Of a stretch of 64,000 nt of DNA, positions 11,274-22,122 are shown one piece after another (the stretch's first letter is position 1; each line of letters begins with the position of its first letter). Source of the stretch: Acholeplasmataceae bacterium (lineage in GTDB: Bacteria; Bacillota_I; Bacilli_A; Acholeplasmatales; Acholeplasmataceae); assembly GCA_963675245.1 (NCBI GenBank), contig OY775910.1, positions 1,472,001 through 1,536,000 on the forward strand. Direction: 5' to 3'. The notes beneath the pieces are model-generated. The model had not been told where the DNA came from, did not search any database, and saw only the letters and a program-made list of their open reading frames with translations. A program made the position numbers and the translations under genes.

Positions 11274-11458
11274 TGACTTTTCAGCCTATTTCATGTATCA
11301 TAATTCTATAAATGATTTCATGGAGGAATCTAGACAAAAAAATGGAAGAACACAGTAGTCGGCTAGAAGACCCGATAGAGCGATTTAAAAGAACTTACAA
11401 GACAGCATCTTTTTTTGGTGTCTTTTTTTGTTATTTAAGGGAGAGTAAATCATTATGA
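11274..11458 (+). promoter_or_regulatory. Promoter plus leader with uORF and internal terminator (putative attenuator)
   Basis: TTGACT...TG-TATCAT promoter-like boxes; 38-codon uORF 11342-11458; hairpin AAGACAGCA/TGGTGTCTT plus T run at 11399-11429. Confidence 0.55.
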
Positions 11459-12753
11459 TTTTATCACTCATTATAGCAATCTTATTTGCTTTATTAATTG
11501 GCGTATTAGAAATGGCCAGCAGTTCATTAGAAACCATCTCAGAGACGCAAGTTAAAGATGATATTGAAGAAGGGCACAAGCGAGCTACGCAAGTGCTTGA
11601 ATATATTGAATATCCTAAACCTTACAGACAAACAATATTAATCACTATACTTATATTATATGGCGTGATTGCTGTTTTATTAGATACAGCTTTTTACCCA
11701 TGGCTGATGACGTTATTTAATACTAGTTTATGGATTATAGGCATATTAACACATGCCCTTATACTGTTTGTTTGGTTGACATGTGTTATAGTGTTGTCAT
11801 CTATCATTGGTCGTCGTATTGGTTATAAATATAAAGAAAAAGTAGCATATAATATTATCCCAATTGTTAGGTTCATAAAAGTTATATTTATCGGCTTTGT
11901 TTGGTTATATGATACTTTATCAAAAGCAATTGGCCATCTTTTTGGATTGAAAAACAATGAAGGCGAAAAAGAAGTAACCGAAGAACAAATAAGAAATATC
12001 GTTGAAGCGAGTTCAAAAATTGGTAATATCGAAGAAGCAGAAAGTGAAATGATCCAGAATATATTCGATTTTACGGATACGACTGTTGATGAAATTATGA
12101 CCCATCGTACTGAAATTTCAGCGATTAATGTTAACTTAACGAAAGAACAAATATTTGATTTGGTCAAAGATGAACAATATACAAGATTTCCTGTTTATGA
12201 AAGAGATATAGATCACATTATCGGGACATTTCATGTTAAAGACATACTGAAAGTGATGAATGAAGATAAATTTTCATTAAAGGAATTACTGCGCAAACCA
12301 TATTTCATTCCAGATTCAAAACGCACGGCAGAATTATTTGCTGAAATGCAAAAACAAAAGAATCATATTGCTATCGTCTTAGATGAATATGGTGGCACAG
12401 CAGGTATTGTTACAATCGAAGATTTAATCGAAGAAATCGTCGGTAATATTTTTGATGAATACGATATTGTTGAAGAAGAAATCAGAAAAATTAATGAATA
12501 TACCTATGAAATTAATGGTTTAATGCCAATTGATGATATAGAAGATGTAATTGAAGCAGATTTACCTGTTGATGAATATGACACATTATCTGGTTTTATT
12601 TTAGGTCAGTTGGGTAGATTTCCTGAAACAGATGAAATAGTTGAAGTCATCTATAATGGTTATAAATATACAGTATTATCTGTTGATGAAAATGTTATTA
12701 CGAAAGTACAGGTTACAAAAATTGAACCAGAATCGATGGAGGCTGATGATTAA
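11455..12753 (+). CDS. HlyC/CorC (CNNM) family protein with divergent DUF21 domain
   Basis: MTHRT, YTRFPVY, LDEYGGTAGIVTIEDLIEEIVG; N-terminal TM region. Confidence 0.9.
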   Translation: MILSLIIAILFALLIGVLEMASSSLETISETQVKDDIEEGHKRATQVLEYIEYPKPYRQTILITILILYGVIAVLLDTAFYPWLMTLFNTSLWIIGILTHALILFVWLTCVIVLSSIIGRRIGYKYKEKVAYNIIPIVRFIKVIFIGFVWLYDTLSKAIGHLFGLKNNEGEKEVTEEQIRNIVEASSKIGNIEEAESEMIQNIFDFTDTTVDEIMTHRTEISAINVNLTKEQIFDLVKDEQYTRFPVYERDIDHIIGTFHVKDILKVMNEDKFSLKELLRKPYFIPDSKRTAELFAEMQKQKNHIAIVLDEYGGTAGIVTIEDLIEEIVGNIFDEYDIVEEEIRKINEYTYEINGLMPIDDIEDVIEADLPVDEYDTLSGFILGQLGRFPETDEIVEVIYNGYKYTVLSVDENVITKVQVTKIEPESMEADD

Positions 12754-14024
12754 TGACATCTATTGATTGGATATTATTAGGTGTGTTATTCTTATTAATC
12801 TTATTGTCTGCTTTCTTCTCTTCAACTGAAACAGCATTCTCATCTGTTAATACAATTAAACTTAAATATTTAATACAAAATGGCTCTAAAAGAGCCAAAC
12901 ATACACTAAAATTGGTTGAAGATTTTGAGACAGTTTTAACTACCATATTAACTGGTAATAATATCGCGAATATCGCATCTGCTTCAATTGCTACAGCTAT
13001 GTTTGTTCGGTTTTGGGGTAATATTGGGGTCACTATTTCGACGGCAGTAATGACCATACTAGTTTTAATTTTTGGTGAGATTACACCTAAAACATATGCG
13101 AAAAAATATGCTGAACAATATGCATTAACGATGACACCTATCTTACAATTTTTCATATGGATCTTAAAACCCATTAGTATCATATTCACGGGTATTCAAG
13201 CATTAATGAACCGTCTATTTATGAACGTCACACCTGACACAGTGAGTGAAGATGAACTCTTAACTTATGTGAGTGAAGTACAACAAGAAGGTGGCATTAA
13301 TGAGAATGAAGAAGAATTAATTAGAAGTGTGATTGATTTCGATGATCTAAGGGTTGAGGATATATTAACACCTAGAGTCAGAGTGGTCGCGATATCAGAT
13401 CATGAGGAGCAAAAAAATATCATTCATGCATTTAGACATTCCGGTTATTCAAGACTACCAGTCTATGATACTTCAATTGATCACATCACAGGAACGATTA
13501 ACCACAAGGATTTTTATAATTTGGTTGTATTAGAAAAACAACCATTATCTTCAATAATTAATCCACCAGTATTTGTTACTGAATACATGAAAGCTACTGA
13601 CTTACTTGCCTTATTAAGAGGTAATAAGAGTCACATGGCAATTGTTAAAGATGAGTTTGGTGGTACGATTGGTATTGTAACCATGGAAGATTTATTAGAG
13701 GAAATTGTCGGTGAGATTTGGGATGAACATGATACGATTGTTGAATCAATAGTTAAAGTCAATGATCATCAATATCGTGTGAAAGGTTATGCTGATATCG
13801 ATATCTTCTTTGAAACATTAGGTTTGCCTGAAGATGAAGATATGGATGTTGCAACAGTCAATGGTTGGGTTGTTGATCAATTTGGTCATATTCCATTCAT
13901 TGGTGAATCATTTCATAATGGCAATTTAAATGTTACTGTGACAGGTGCGGATACTAAAAAAGTGTTAGAAGTAATCGTTGATATACTTGATTTAAATGAA
14001 GAATTAGAAGAGGATGTTGAATAA
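12753..14024 (+). CDS. HlyC/CorC (CNNM) family transporter
   Basis: SAFFSSTETAF, GNNIAN, FGEITPK, YSRLPVY, DEFGGTIGIVTMEDLLEE. Confidence 0.92.
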   Translation: MTSIDWILLGVLFLLILLSAFFSSTETAFSSVNTIKLKYLIQNGSKRAKHTLKLVEDFETVLTTILTGNNIANIASASIATAMFVRFWGNIGVTISTAVMTILVLIFGEITPKTYAKKYAEQYALTMTPILQFFIWILKPISIIFTGIQALMNRLFMNVTPDTVSEDELLTYVSEVQQEGGINENEEELIRSVIDFDDLRVEDILTPRVRVVAISDHEEQKNIIHAFRHSGYSRLPVYDTSIDHITGTINHKDFYNLVVLEKQPLSSIINPPVFVTEYMKATDLLALLRGNKSHMAIVKDEFGGTIGIVTMEDLLEEIVGEIWDEHDTIVESIVKVNDHQYRVKGYADIDIFFETLGLPEDEDMDVATVNGWVVDQFGHIPFIGESFHNGNLNVTVTGADTKKVLEVIVDILDLNEELEEDVE

Positions 14025-14042
14025 CATTCTCTTTTTATTTAC

Positions 14043-14075
14043 AAAAAAAAGGTGTCTCGATTGAGATCACCTTTA
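14043..14075. terminator. Terminator hairpin between convergent genes
   Basis: AAAAAAAAGGTG-TCTC-gatt-GAGA-t-CACCTTT. Confidence 0.7.
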
Positions 14076-14089
14076 ATTTTATTGATATA

Positions 14090-14968
14090 TTAGTCTAATG
14101 CAGGAGCTGCAGCATCGAATAGAAGATCTAATACTTCAACGAAGTCTTCTGTAGAAATTGAAACTGAAGCAATACCATCAAGGTCATCACCAGCAGCCCA
14201 ACCGTTAGCTTCAACATATTCTGCAATATCTTCAGCTTGTTCAAACCATTCTAAACCGTTTGTTACAGCTGACATACCATAATCGAAACCAAGTTCCCAT
14301 TTTGTTTTTTCATTAAAATCAAATTCACCATCTGTTACATGACTTTGTACAACATCAATAACCAAATCAGAAAATTCGCCTTTTTCAACTGTCATTGATG
14401 CCATATATAATTCAGCACCGTGTGATCCATTGACACAATATATTGCTTGGAAATCACCAGATCTAGCAAGTTCAATAGCTTCTAAAGCAAGTGTGTAATA
14501 TTCTGAAACTGTAATTGATACACCAGTAATAGCATCAGTTTTGCCAGCATTATCTTCGCCTTCTGCGATAACATCATCCATTGATACACCATTTGCTAAC
14601 CAATGTGCTTCAATTTCTTCAGCTTGTTCATACCACTCTAATCCACCAGCAACAGCTGCCATACCATAATCTTCTAATAATTCTTTCTTGGTTAATTCAT
14701 TCCATTCACCTTGAAATACATCGTCAGAAGTATCATCTGGTGTATCTTCGCCTTCAGTTTGAACTTTGTGGCCTTGTCTAGCATCAATATAATACCCAAC
14801 AATTTCATCATTTTCAATTGTCACAGTTACTGATGTAACTTGTGGACCACCGTGAGACTCTTCATAGGTAAAAGCCGTATATTCTCCATCAGCAGCGAAT
14901 TCTTTTTGACAAGCAGTCAAAACGAACGCAGCCATTACTACTAGCAGTAGTAACCACATCTTTTTCAT
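14090..14968 (-). CDS. Acidic lipoprotein with two FMN-binding-like repeats
   Basis: Lipobox LTAC; duplicated TK.EL..DYGM.AV..GLEW.EQAE and DAITGVSIT/DGIASVSIS. Confidence 0.7.
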   Translation of the reverse strand: MKKMWLLLLVVMAAFVLTACQKEFAADGEYTAFTYEESHGGPQVTSVTVTIENDEIVGYYIDARQGHKVQTEGEDTPDDTSDDVFQGEWNELTKKELLEDYGMAAVAGGLEWYEQAEEIEAHWLANGVSMDDVIAEGEDNAGKTDAITGVSITVSEYYTLALEAIELARSGDFQAIYCVNGSHGAELYMASMTVEKGEFSDLVIDVVQSHVTDGEFDFNEKTKWELGFDYGMSAVTNGLEWFEQAEDIAEYVEANGWAAGDDLDGIASVSISTEDFVEVLDLLFDAAAPALD

Positions 14969-15167
14969 TATTCAATTTCCTCCTAAATGTATTGAATTCT
15001 TTACCTATATTATACAATAATGATGTCAATCTAGCAATAATAACTATAAAAATCTGAATAAAAACGTTTTCTTTGTTTAGAAACTGCGAAAATCAAAATA
15101 AATAATGATATACCTTTTTAAATAATCATTAAAATGATACAATATGTATGCGAAAGGTATAGATAAA

Positions 15168-16991
15168 ATGGATAAAAAAAGCTTAAATGAACGACAAAAA
15201 TTAATCCGAAATTTCTCTATTATTGCTCATATCGATCATGGTAAATCGACATTGGCTGATAGAATTTTAGAGAAGACTGAAACTGTCAGCAATCGTGAGA
15301 TGAAAGCACAGCTTCTAGATTCTATGGATCTTGAACGTGAAAGAGGAATAACCATCAAATTAAATGCTGTTGAAATTGCTTATAAAGCAAATGACGGTAA
15401 TACTTATATTATGCACTTGATTGATACACCAGGTCATGTCGATTTCACATATGAAGTTTCGAGATCACTTGCTGCTTGTGAAGGTGCTATTTTAGTTGTC
15501 GATGCTGCTCAAGGAATTGAAGCACAAACATTAGCTAATGTTTATTTGGCAATCGATAATGATCTGGAAATCATCCCAGTCATCAATAAAATTGATTTAC
15601 CCAGTGCAGACCCAGAAAAAGTAATCGAAGAAATTGAGGATATTATAGGTATACCTGCGCATGATGCTGTACTTGCTAGTGCAAAAGAAGGATTAGGTAT
15701 AACAGAGATCTTAGAACGAATAGTTAAAGACATACCTGCGCCAACAGGTGATGCAAATGCACCACTTCAAGCACTTGTTTTTGACTCATTATATGATGCA
15801 TATAAAGGTGTTATTCCTTATATAAGAGTCGTAAATGGCACTATAAAAAAAGGTGATGTGATTAAATTTATGGCGTCTGGTGCAACCTATGAGGTTGTTG
15901 AAGTAGGCGTACATACACCTAAAATTGTTAAACGAGATATATTAGGACCTGGTGATGTTGGTTATTTAACTGCGGCGATTAAAGACATTGAAGGCGTTAG
16001 AGTCGGTGATACCGTCACCCACCTTGAACATGTTGCTGATAAACCTCTTCCTGGATACAGAGAAATGAATTCTGTCGTCTTTTGTGGTTTATATCCAATT
16101 GATACAGATCAATATAATGATTTAAAGGATGCATTGGAAAAACTAAAATTAAATGATGCATCACTACACTATGAACCTGAAACATCACAAGCTTTAGGAT
16201 TTGGTTTTAGAACTGGTTTCTTAGGTTTATTACATATGGAAATCGTTCAAGAACGCATTAGACGTGAATTTAATATTGAACTTTTAGCAACTGCTCCATC
16301 TGTTATTTATCATGTTTATTTAACTGATGGATCGATGATTGAAATCGACAATCCATCCATGTTACCTTCACCTCAAGAAATTGATCATATTGATGAACCG
16401 TTTGTGAAAGCGATCATTATGAGTCCAACTGAATATGTTGGACCAATCATGGAAATTTGTCAACGTAAACGTGGTGTCTTTGGTGATATGAAATATATTG
16501 ATGCATCAAGAGTCACGATCACATACAGTCTGCCTTTATCAGAAATTGTTTATGATTTCTTTGATAAATTAAAAAGTTCAACAAAAGGATATGCGTCATT
16601 TGATTATGAAATAGCAGGATATAAGACATCCAAATTACAGAAGATGGATATCTTATTAAATGGCGATGTCATAGATGCCTTGTCGCTTATTGTACACCGT
16701 GATTTTGCATATCATCGAGGTAAAGCGATATGTGAGAAGATGGTCGATCTTATCCCTAGACAAATGTTTGAAATACCAGTTCAAGCAGCTCTTGGATCAA
16801 AAATTATTGCTAGAACAACCATAAGAGCGATGCGTAAAGATGTGCTTGCGAAGTGTTATGGTGGCGATATTACGAGAAAGAAAAAACTACTTGCTAAACA
16901 AAAAGAAGGTAAAAAGAAAATGAAAGCCATTGGTCGTGTTGAAGTTCCACAGGAAGCATTTATGGCAATCTTATCAAATAGTGATGACTAG
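15168..16991 (+). CDS. lepA: Elongation factor 4
   Basis: [34 protein letters not shown]. Confidence 0.98.
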   Translation: MDKKSLNERQKLIRNFSIIAHIDHGKSTLADRILEKTETVSNREMKAQLLDSMDLERERGITIKLNAVEIAYKANDGNTYIMHLIDTPGHVDFTYEVSRSLAACEGAILVVDAAQGIEAQTLANVYLAIDNDLEIIPVINKIDLPSADPEKVIEEIEDIIGIPAHDAVLASAKEGLGITEILERIVKDIPAPTGDANAPLQALVFDSLYDAYKGVIPYIRVVNGTIKKGDVIKFMASGATYEVVEVGVHTPKIVKRDILGPGDVGYLTAAIKDIEGVRVGDTVTHLEHVADKPLPGYREMNSVVFCGLYPIDTDQYNDLKDALEKLKLNDASLHYEPETSQALGFGFRTGFLGLLHMEIVQERIRREFNIELLATAPSVIYHVYLTDGSMIEIDNPSMLPSPQEIDHIDEPFVKAIIMSPTEYVGPIMEICQRKRGVFGDMKYIDASRVTITYSLPLSEIVYDFFDKLKSSTKGYASFDYEIAGYKTSKLQKMDILLNGDVIDALSLIVHRDFAYHRGKAICEKMVDLIPRQMFEIPVQAALGSKIIARTTIRAMRKDVLAKCYGGDITRKKKLLAKQKEGKKKMKAIGRVEVPQEAFMAILSNSDD

Positions 16992-17008
16992 GGTCATCAC
17001 TTTTTTTT
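16980..17008 (+). terminator. Intrinsic terminator after lepA
   Basis: AGTGATGAC-tagg-GTCATCACT plus T run. Confidence 0.85.
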
Positions 17009-17052
17009 AATTATGTAAACCAATATTGTATAATAGATGTAGGAGGATTTAT

Positions 17053-18144
17053 ATGAAAGGACTCTACGTACATATCCCATTTTGTGGTGCGATATGCCAT
17101 TACTGTGATTTCGCAAAGCGTGTACCAAAAAATGATCAAATGATTGATGATTATATGGATGCACTCATCGCTGAAATCGAAACATATAAGACACATTTTA
17201 ATACCATTGATACTATATATATTGGTGGAGGAACGCCTTCTTTACTTTCTCCAGAACAACTGAAAAAACTATTTCAAGCACTTTCTGATATTCATCCTAT
17301 TGAATATACGATAGAAGTTAATCCTGAATCTTATACAAAAGAAAAGGGATTAGTTATGAAAGAATTTGGTGTCAATCGTGTGAGTTTAGGAGTACAAACA
17401 TTCAATGAAAAACTCCTAACATATATTAATAGAAAGCATACAAACCAGGATGTTTTCGATGCCATCAATCACTTGAAATCAATCGGTATCCCCTATCTTT
17501 CAGTCGATTTAATATATGCTATTCCAGGTCAAACTATTCAAGATTTGAAGAAAGATTTAAAACATATTAAGAAGTTAGATATTTCTCATGTGAGTTTATA
17601 TTCACTCATTTTAGAAGATAAAACTTATTTTTATCATCAATATGTCCATGGTAAGTTTCATCCTGCAGATCAGGATATTGAAGCTGAAATGTATGGCTTA
17701 ATAATGGATGAATTAGTGAAGCAAGGTTTTACACAATATGAAATCTCTAATTACGCTAAAGATGGACATACATCAAAACACAATATTATCTATTGGTCTC
17801 TTGATGAATATATAGGTATTGGCCTTGGTTCACATGGTTTTATTGATGGATATAGGACGTACAATGAACGAGCATTACCAAAGTATATTGATCATTTTCA
17901 AAAAGAAAAAGTATATCAAACAGACGAAATGTTGCTGCAAGATGCGTTGATATTTGGGTTAAGAAAACTAGAAGGTGTATCAATTTCTGAGATTGAAAAT
18001 CGATTTAAAATTGACATATTTAATCGTTACCCTCATTTAAAAGTACGCATGAATGAAGGTTTAATAACCATCGAAAACAACTATCTCAAACTAACTAAAA
18101 AGGGATTATTTTTAGGCAATCAAGTCTTTATGGAGTTCATCTAA
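17053..18144 (+). CDS. hemW: Radical SAM heme chaperone HemW
   Basis: YVHIPFCGAICHYCDF, GGGTPS, YEISNY, HNIIYW; follows lepA. Confidence 0.92.
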   Translation: MKGLYVHIPFCGAICHYCDFAKRVPKNDQMIDDYMDALIAEIETYKTHFNTIDTIYIGGGTPSLLSPEQLKKLFQALSDIHPIEYTIEVNPESYTKEKGLVMKEFGVNRVSLGVQTFNEKLLTYINRKHTNQDVFDAINHLKSIGIPYLSVDLIYAIPGQTIQDLKKDLKHIKKLDISHVSLYSLILEDKTYFYHQYVHGKFHPADQDIEAEMYGLIMDELVKQGFTQYEISNYAKDGHTSKHNIIYWSLDEYIGIGLGSHGFIDGYRTYNERALPKYIDHFQKEKVYQTDEMLLQDALIFGLRKLEGVSISEIENRFKIDIFNRYPHLKVRMNEGLITIENNYLKLTKKGLFLGNQVFMEFI

Positions 18145-19043
18145 TGAAGTATATACTAAACGATTATCTTTATCATTTAAAACAGGAAAAAGGGGCAAGC
18201 AAGAACACGATTGATGCATATATGCGTGATCTTTATCAGTATGCAGATTTCCTAAAAAAATACCATGATATAGATAAACCAGAACGCATTTTAAAGAAAC
18301 ATATAGAAGGTTATTTAAAGAGTTTAAAAAGAAAAAACAGTGCAAAGTCAATCGCTAGAAAATTGACAGCAATCAAAAGTTTTCATCGTTTCTTACATTT
18401 AGATCGTGTGGTTTCAAATGACATTGCAAAAGATTTTGCAACACCAAAAATAGGTAAATCACTTCCTAAAGTACTGACGATAAATGAAGTAGTAAGCATT
18501 TTAGAACAAGTGAATAAAGACACGCCACTAGGTCTTAGAAATAAAGCATTATTAGAATTGATCTATGGATCTGGACTGCGTGTTTCAGAGCTTTTGGATA
18601 TTCAAACTCAAGACATTCATTTAACGCAAGGATATGTTATTGTTCATGGAAAAGGCAATAAAGAACGTATGGTTCCTATCTCTGATATGGCACTGATTGC
18701 ACTTAGAAACTATATGGTTAGTGGACGTGAAGTGCTTATCGGTAACGAAAGAACGAATGATCTGTTTTTGAATAGAGATGGTAAAAAACTATCAAGACAA
18801 GGCTTTTTCAAACTGTTAAAAAAACTTGCAAAAGATGCTGGTGTGGAATCAGATTGTTCACCACATACATTAAGACATTCGTTTGCAACACATCTATTAG
18901 AAAATGGCATGGACTTAAGAACATTGCAAACCTTACTTGGTCATGAAGATATTTCAACCACTCAAATTTATACGCATATAAGTCAAAAAAGACTAAAAGA
19001 ATCATATGGACGCGCACACCCACGCGCAAAGGAGGATGAATAA
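18144..19043 (+). CDS. xerD: Site-specific tyrosine recombinase XerD
   Basis: [39 protein letters not shown]; xerD-deoB synteny. Confidence 0.9.
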   Translation: MKYILNDYLYHLKQEKGASKNTIDAYMRDLYQYADFLKKYHDIDKPERILKKHIEGYLKSLKRKNSAKSIARKLTAIKSFHRFLHLDRVVSNDIAKDFATPKIGKSLPKVLTINEVVSILEQVNKDTPLGLRNKALLELIYGSGLRVSELLDIQTQDIHLTQGYVIVHGKGNKERMVPISDMALIALRNYMVSGREVLIGNERTNDLFLNRDGKKLSRQGFFKLLKKLAKDAGVESDCSPHTLRHSFATHLLENGMDLRTLQTLLGHEDISTTQIYTHISQKRLKESYGRAHPRAKEDE

Positions 19044-19044
19044 A

Positions 19045-20220
19045 ATGTTTAAAAGAATTTTCTTAATTGTAATGGATAGTGTAGGTATTGGAGAGGCACC
19101 AGATGCCAAGGATTATAATGATGTTGGTGCAAATACGATCGGCCATATTGCTGAGAGAATGATGCTAAACATTCCTCATATGCAGGCACTTGGATATGGA
19201 AATATTGCGCCAATTAAGCATGTTGATCCAGTTGAAAAACCAGCTGCTTTTTACACGAAAATGCAAGAAGCATCTTTAGGTAAAGACACAATGACAGGTC
19301 ATTGGGAGATGATGGGTTTATATATTACTAAGCCTTTCCAGACCTTTACTGATACGGGTTTTCCAGATGAATTAATTAAAGAATTAGAAGAAAAAACAGG
19401 ACGAAAAGTTATTGGAAACATTGCTGCATCTGGTACCGAAATCATCAAGGATATGGGAGAACATCACATGAAAACAGGTGATTTAATCGTTTATACTTCT
19501 TCAGATTCTGTCTTGCAAATCGCGATGCATGAAGATATAATTCCTATAAAAGAGCAATATCGTATTTGTGAAATTGCGAGAGAAATCACGATGAAACCTG
19601 AATGGAAAGTTGGCAGAGTTATTGCTAGACCATTCATTGGCAACAGTAAAGATGACTTCCAAAGAACACCAAATAGACACGATTATGCTTTAAAACCTTT
19701 TGATAAAACAACACTAAATTTCTTATCTGAAGATGGATATGATGTCATTGCTTTAGGTAAAATTAACGATATATTTGATGGTTATGGAATCACAGAATTC
19801 TCAAAAACAAAATCAAATGATGATGGTATGAGACAACTTACAGCGGTTGCTAAAAAGGATTTTACAGGACTATGTTTTCTGAATCTAGTAGACTTTGATG
19901 CATTATATGGACATAGAAGAAACCCTCTTGGATATGGCAAAGCGATCGAAGAATACGATGCACAATTACCTGATTTCTTTGCGCAATTAAACGATGATGA
20001 TCTCGTATTAATAACAGCAGATCATGGTAATGATCCAGTCCATCATGGTACTGATCATACAAGAGAATATGTACCTCTATTAGCATTTTCACCTTCACTT
20101 AAAGAAGGAAAACAACTACCATTGTTAAAGACTTTTGCTGATATAGGATACACCATCAATGATAATTTCAAGACTGAAAAACCAAAACATGGCAGCTCAT
20201 TTTTATCACTTCTAAAATAA
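19045..20220 (+). CDS. deoB: Phosphopentomutase
   Basis: [43 protein letters not shown]. Confidence 0.96.
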   Translation: MFKRIFLIVMDSVGIGEAPDAKDYNDVGANTIGHIAERMMLNIPHMQALGYGNIAPIKHVDPVEKPAAFYTKMQEASLGKDTMTGHWEMMGLYITKPFQTFTDTGFPDELIKELEEKTGRKVIGNIAASGTEIIKDMGEHHMKTGDLIVYTSSDSVLQIAMHEDIIPIKEQYRICEIAREITMKPEWKVGRVIARPFIGNSKDDFQRTPNRHDYALKPFDKTTLNFLSEDGYDVIALGKINDIFDGYGITEFSKTKSNDDGMRQLTAVAKKDFTGLCFLNLVDFDALYGHRRNPLGYGKAIEEYDAQLPDFFAQLNDDDLVLITADHGNDPVHHGTDHTREYVPLLAFSPSLKEGKQLPLLKTFADIGYTINDNFKTEKPKHGSSFLSLLK

Positions 20221-20239
20221 ATTTAGTAACTAAAATATT

Positions 20240-20272
20240 AAAAAAAGCACACTTTAAATTGTGTGCTTTTTT
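20240..20272. terminator. Bidirectional terminator
   Basis: AAAAAAGCACA...TGTGCTTTTTT between convergent genes. Confidence 0.85.
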
Positions 20273-20933
20273 ATGCTAATCGTGCATCGACTCTCTCTTT
20301 AAACAACAAAATCACAAATGATAATAGGAATGCTACAGGAAATAAAATAAGGTAATTAACCAGCAACATTCCAATTAAACCATGCTCAAAATATGCAGGA
20401 TTTAAAAACGGATATATGTATGAATCGACTTCTAATGGAAATAGATTATAAAGATAATCACCATATAAAGGATGTGCAATTGTATATACAAATATGAAGT
20501 AAAGAAAGGGATGAATTAATGCAATCCAGGCGTTTTTTCTTCTCAGTGATGTTTTATATGATAAGAGGAAAAACGTCATATATATTGGTGGAATAATGCC
20601 ATGTAAAAGTACTTGTAAGAATGTTACTTTAGGCATAAATGGAAGTAATAATGTTAACCATACAAGTCCCGTAATTGTGATATCAACTGCGGCTATATAA
20701 TGGAATCGATCGACATGTTTATTTTTAATTTTAAGGAGTATAAGAAGCGTAGATATGAAGACAAATAAGTTCGCATGATTGGTGAAAAAGGTAGCTATCA
20801 TTAGAAGTCCAGAACGTGAGTCATCATAGTTAATTACACGCCTTGTTTGAAGTGAAAAACCGAGTGCCCAAAGTAGAATAATAAATATGCCTAAATAGAA
20901 TTTTAGATGTTCATTTTTATGACTAAAAGACAC
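20271..20933 (-). CDS. Integral membrane protein (Pr6Pr/FAR-17a-like)
   Basis: About 6 TM segments, FFTNHAN, ITGLVW, LLHGIIP, YIYPFLN. Confidence 0.6.
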   Translation of the reverse strand: MSFSHKNEHLKFYLGIFIILLWALGFSLQTRRVINYDDSRSGLLMIATFFTNHANLFVFISTLLILLKIKNKHVDRFHYIAAVDITITGLVWLTLLLPFMPKVTFLQVLLHGIIPPIYMTFFLLSYKTSLRRKNAWIALIHPFLYFIFVYTIAHPLYGDYLYNLFPLEVDSYIYPFLNPAYFEHGLIGMLLVNYLILFPVAFLLSFVILLFKERVDARLA

Positions 20934-20943
20934 ATTATACCCC

Positions 20944-21927
20944 CTAATTAAAATAGTCTTTTAAACGTTGAATGTCATCTGTTAAACCTAATGCTAATAT
21001 CAATTGAATACGTGCCTTCTGACCATTCAAACCATTCGTGAAGATTACACCTAATTGTCTGAGCTGATGACCTCCACCTTCATATCCATAGTTATCTAAT
21101 ACACGACCAATAGGTGCTCTAGAAGTTAACACAACAGGAATTTGATTGTCGATTGCTCTTTGAATACCCTGAACCATTTGTGGTGTAACATTGCCTCTCC
21201 CCAGAGCCTCAATGACTAGACCTTTCATCCCATGGTCAATTAGTAAGTTTAGTATATCTGAACTTTCACCAGCTACAGTTTTTACCAAATAGACTTGATC
21301 GACAATGTGATCAGGATGTAAATTTAAAACTTCACGAGAAGAATTTCTTGTATAAATGACACTCTGTTGTTCAACAATGCCTATAGGGCCAAACTCTAAA
21401 GACTTAAATGTATCTAAAGAAAGAGTATGAGTTTTAGTTACTTCACGGGCCGTATTGATGGCGTCGTTTAAGCAAACGAGAACACCCTTATCGATGGATT
21501 CATCATTAGAAGCGACCAGAATAGATGACCTTAGATTAGCTAAACCATCATAAGCAATCTCTTTGTAACCTCTCATGGAACCTGTGAAAACAACAGGTTT
21601 TTTATGTTCAAGATAGAGATCTAAGAAGTAGGCAGTTTCCTCTAAAGTATCCGTTCCATGAGTTATTACGACCCCATCAATATGACTGTCTTTTAACTTA
21701 GAATCTACAAACTTAGCCAGATCAAACATGTCTAAAGGTGTTATAAATGGAGAAGGTTTTAACGAAAAAGTATGTGATAACACATTGATATTAGGCAGTT
21801 CAGATTGCATAACATCGACTAAATCAGCTAGATTATCACCTATACCCATGTGTTGATTTTCATTCTTAATCATGGATATTGTGCCACCAGTAAATACAAT
21901 TAATATATTTTTTTTATTCAATTTCAT
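20944..21927 (-). CDS. L-asparaginase
   Basis: FTGGTISM, GVVITHGTDTLEETAY, TGSMR; exact start uncertain. Confidence 0.93.
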   Translation of the reverse strand: MKLNKKNILIVFTGGTISMIKNENQHMGIGDNLADLVDVMQSELPNINVLSHTFSLKPSPFITPLDMFDLAKFVDSKLKDSHIDGVVITHGTDTLEETAYFLDLYLEHKKPVVFTGSMRGYKEIAYDGLANLRSSILVASNDESIDKGVLVCLNDAINTAREVTKTHTLSLDTFKSLEFGPIGIVEQQSVIYTRNSSREVLNLHPDHIVDQVYLVKTVAGESSDILNLLIDHGMKGLVIEALGRGNVTPQMVQGIQRAIDNQIPVVLTSRAPIGRVLDNYGYEGGGHQLRQLGVIFTNGLNGQKARIQLILALGLTDDIQRLKDYFN

Positions 21928-22094
21928 CACCAATTTCATTGTATCACGAAAATCGGAATTAATAATCCATTAAAAGTTCGTTTTTCAATGGTTTATACAA
22001 TACATCACTCATAGAAGGCAATTTTTATATTCGCACAACAAACCAACATTTCCACACAAAACCTTTCATCAGCACAGTTAAGGTGTCAACTAAA

Positions 22095-22122
22095 GGTTAA
22101 CATAATATATATTATACGAATA
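22095..22122 (-). other. dif: dif site (XerC/XerD chromosome dimer resolution)
   Basis: Minus strand TATTCGTATAA-TATATA-TTATGTTAACC, 11-6-11 layout with XerD-type arm TTATGTTAA; intergenic, where gene orientation converges. Confidence 0.85.

Noticed and set aside
11160..11455. M-box, yybP-ykoY or fluoride riboswitch in the CaCA/CNNM intergenic region
   Set aside because: Could not find their conserved sequence blocks by eye; an Rfam scan would settle it
8231..14024. Hemolysin toxin cluster
   Set aside because: HlyC/CorC 'hemolysin family' proteins are CNNM-type metal transport proteins; no toxin features
18144..19043. Tyrosine recombinase as a phage or ICE integrase
   Set aside because: 299 aa XerD-like sequence embedded in hemW-xerD-deoB, with no att sites or mobile genes adjacent
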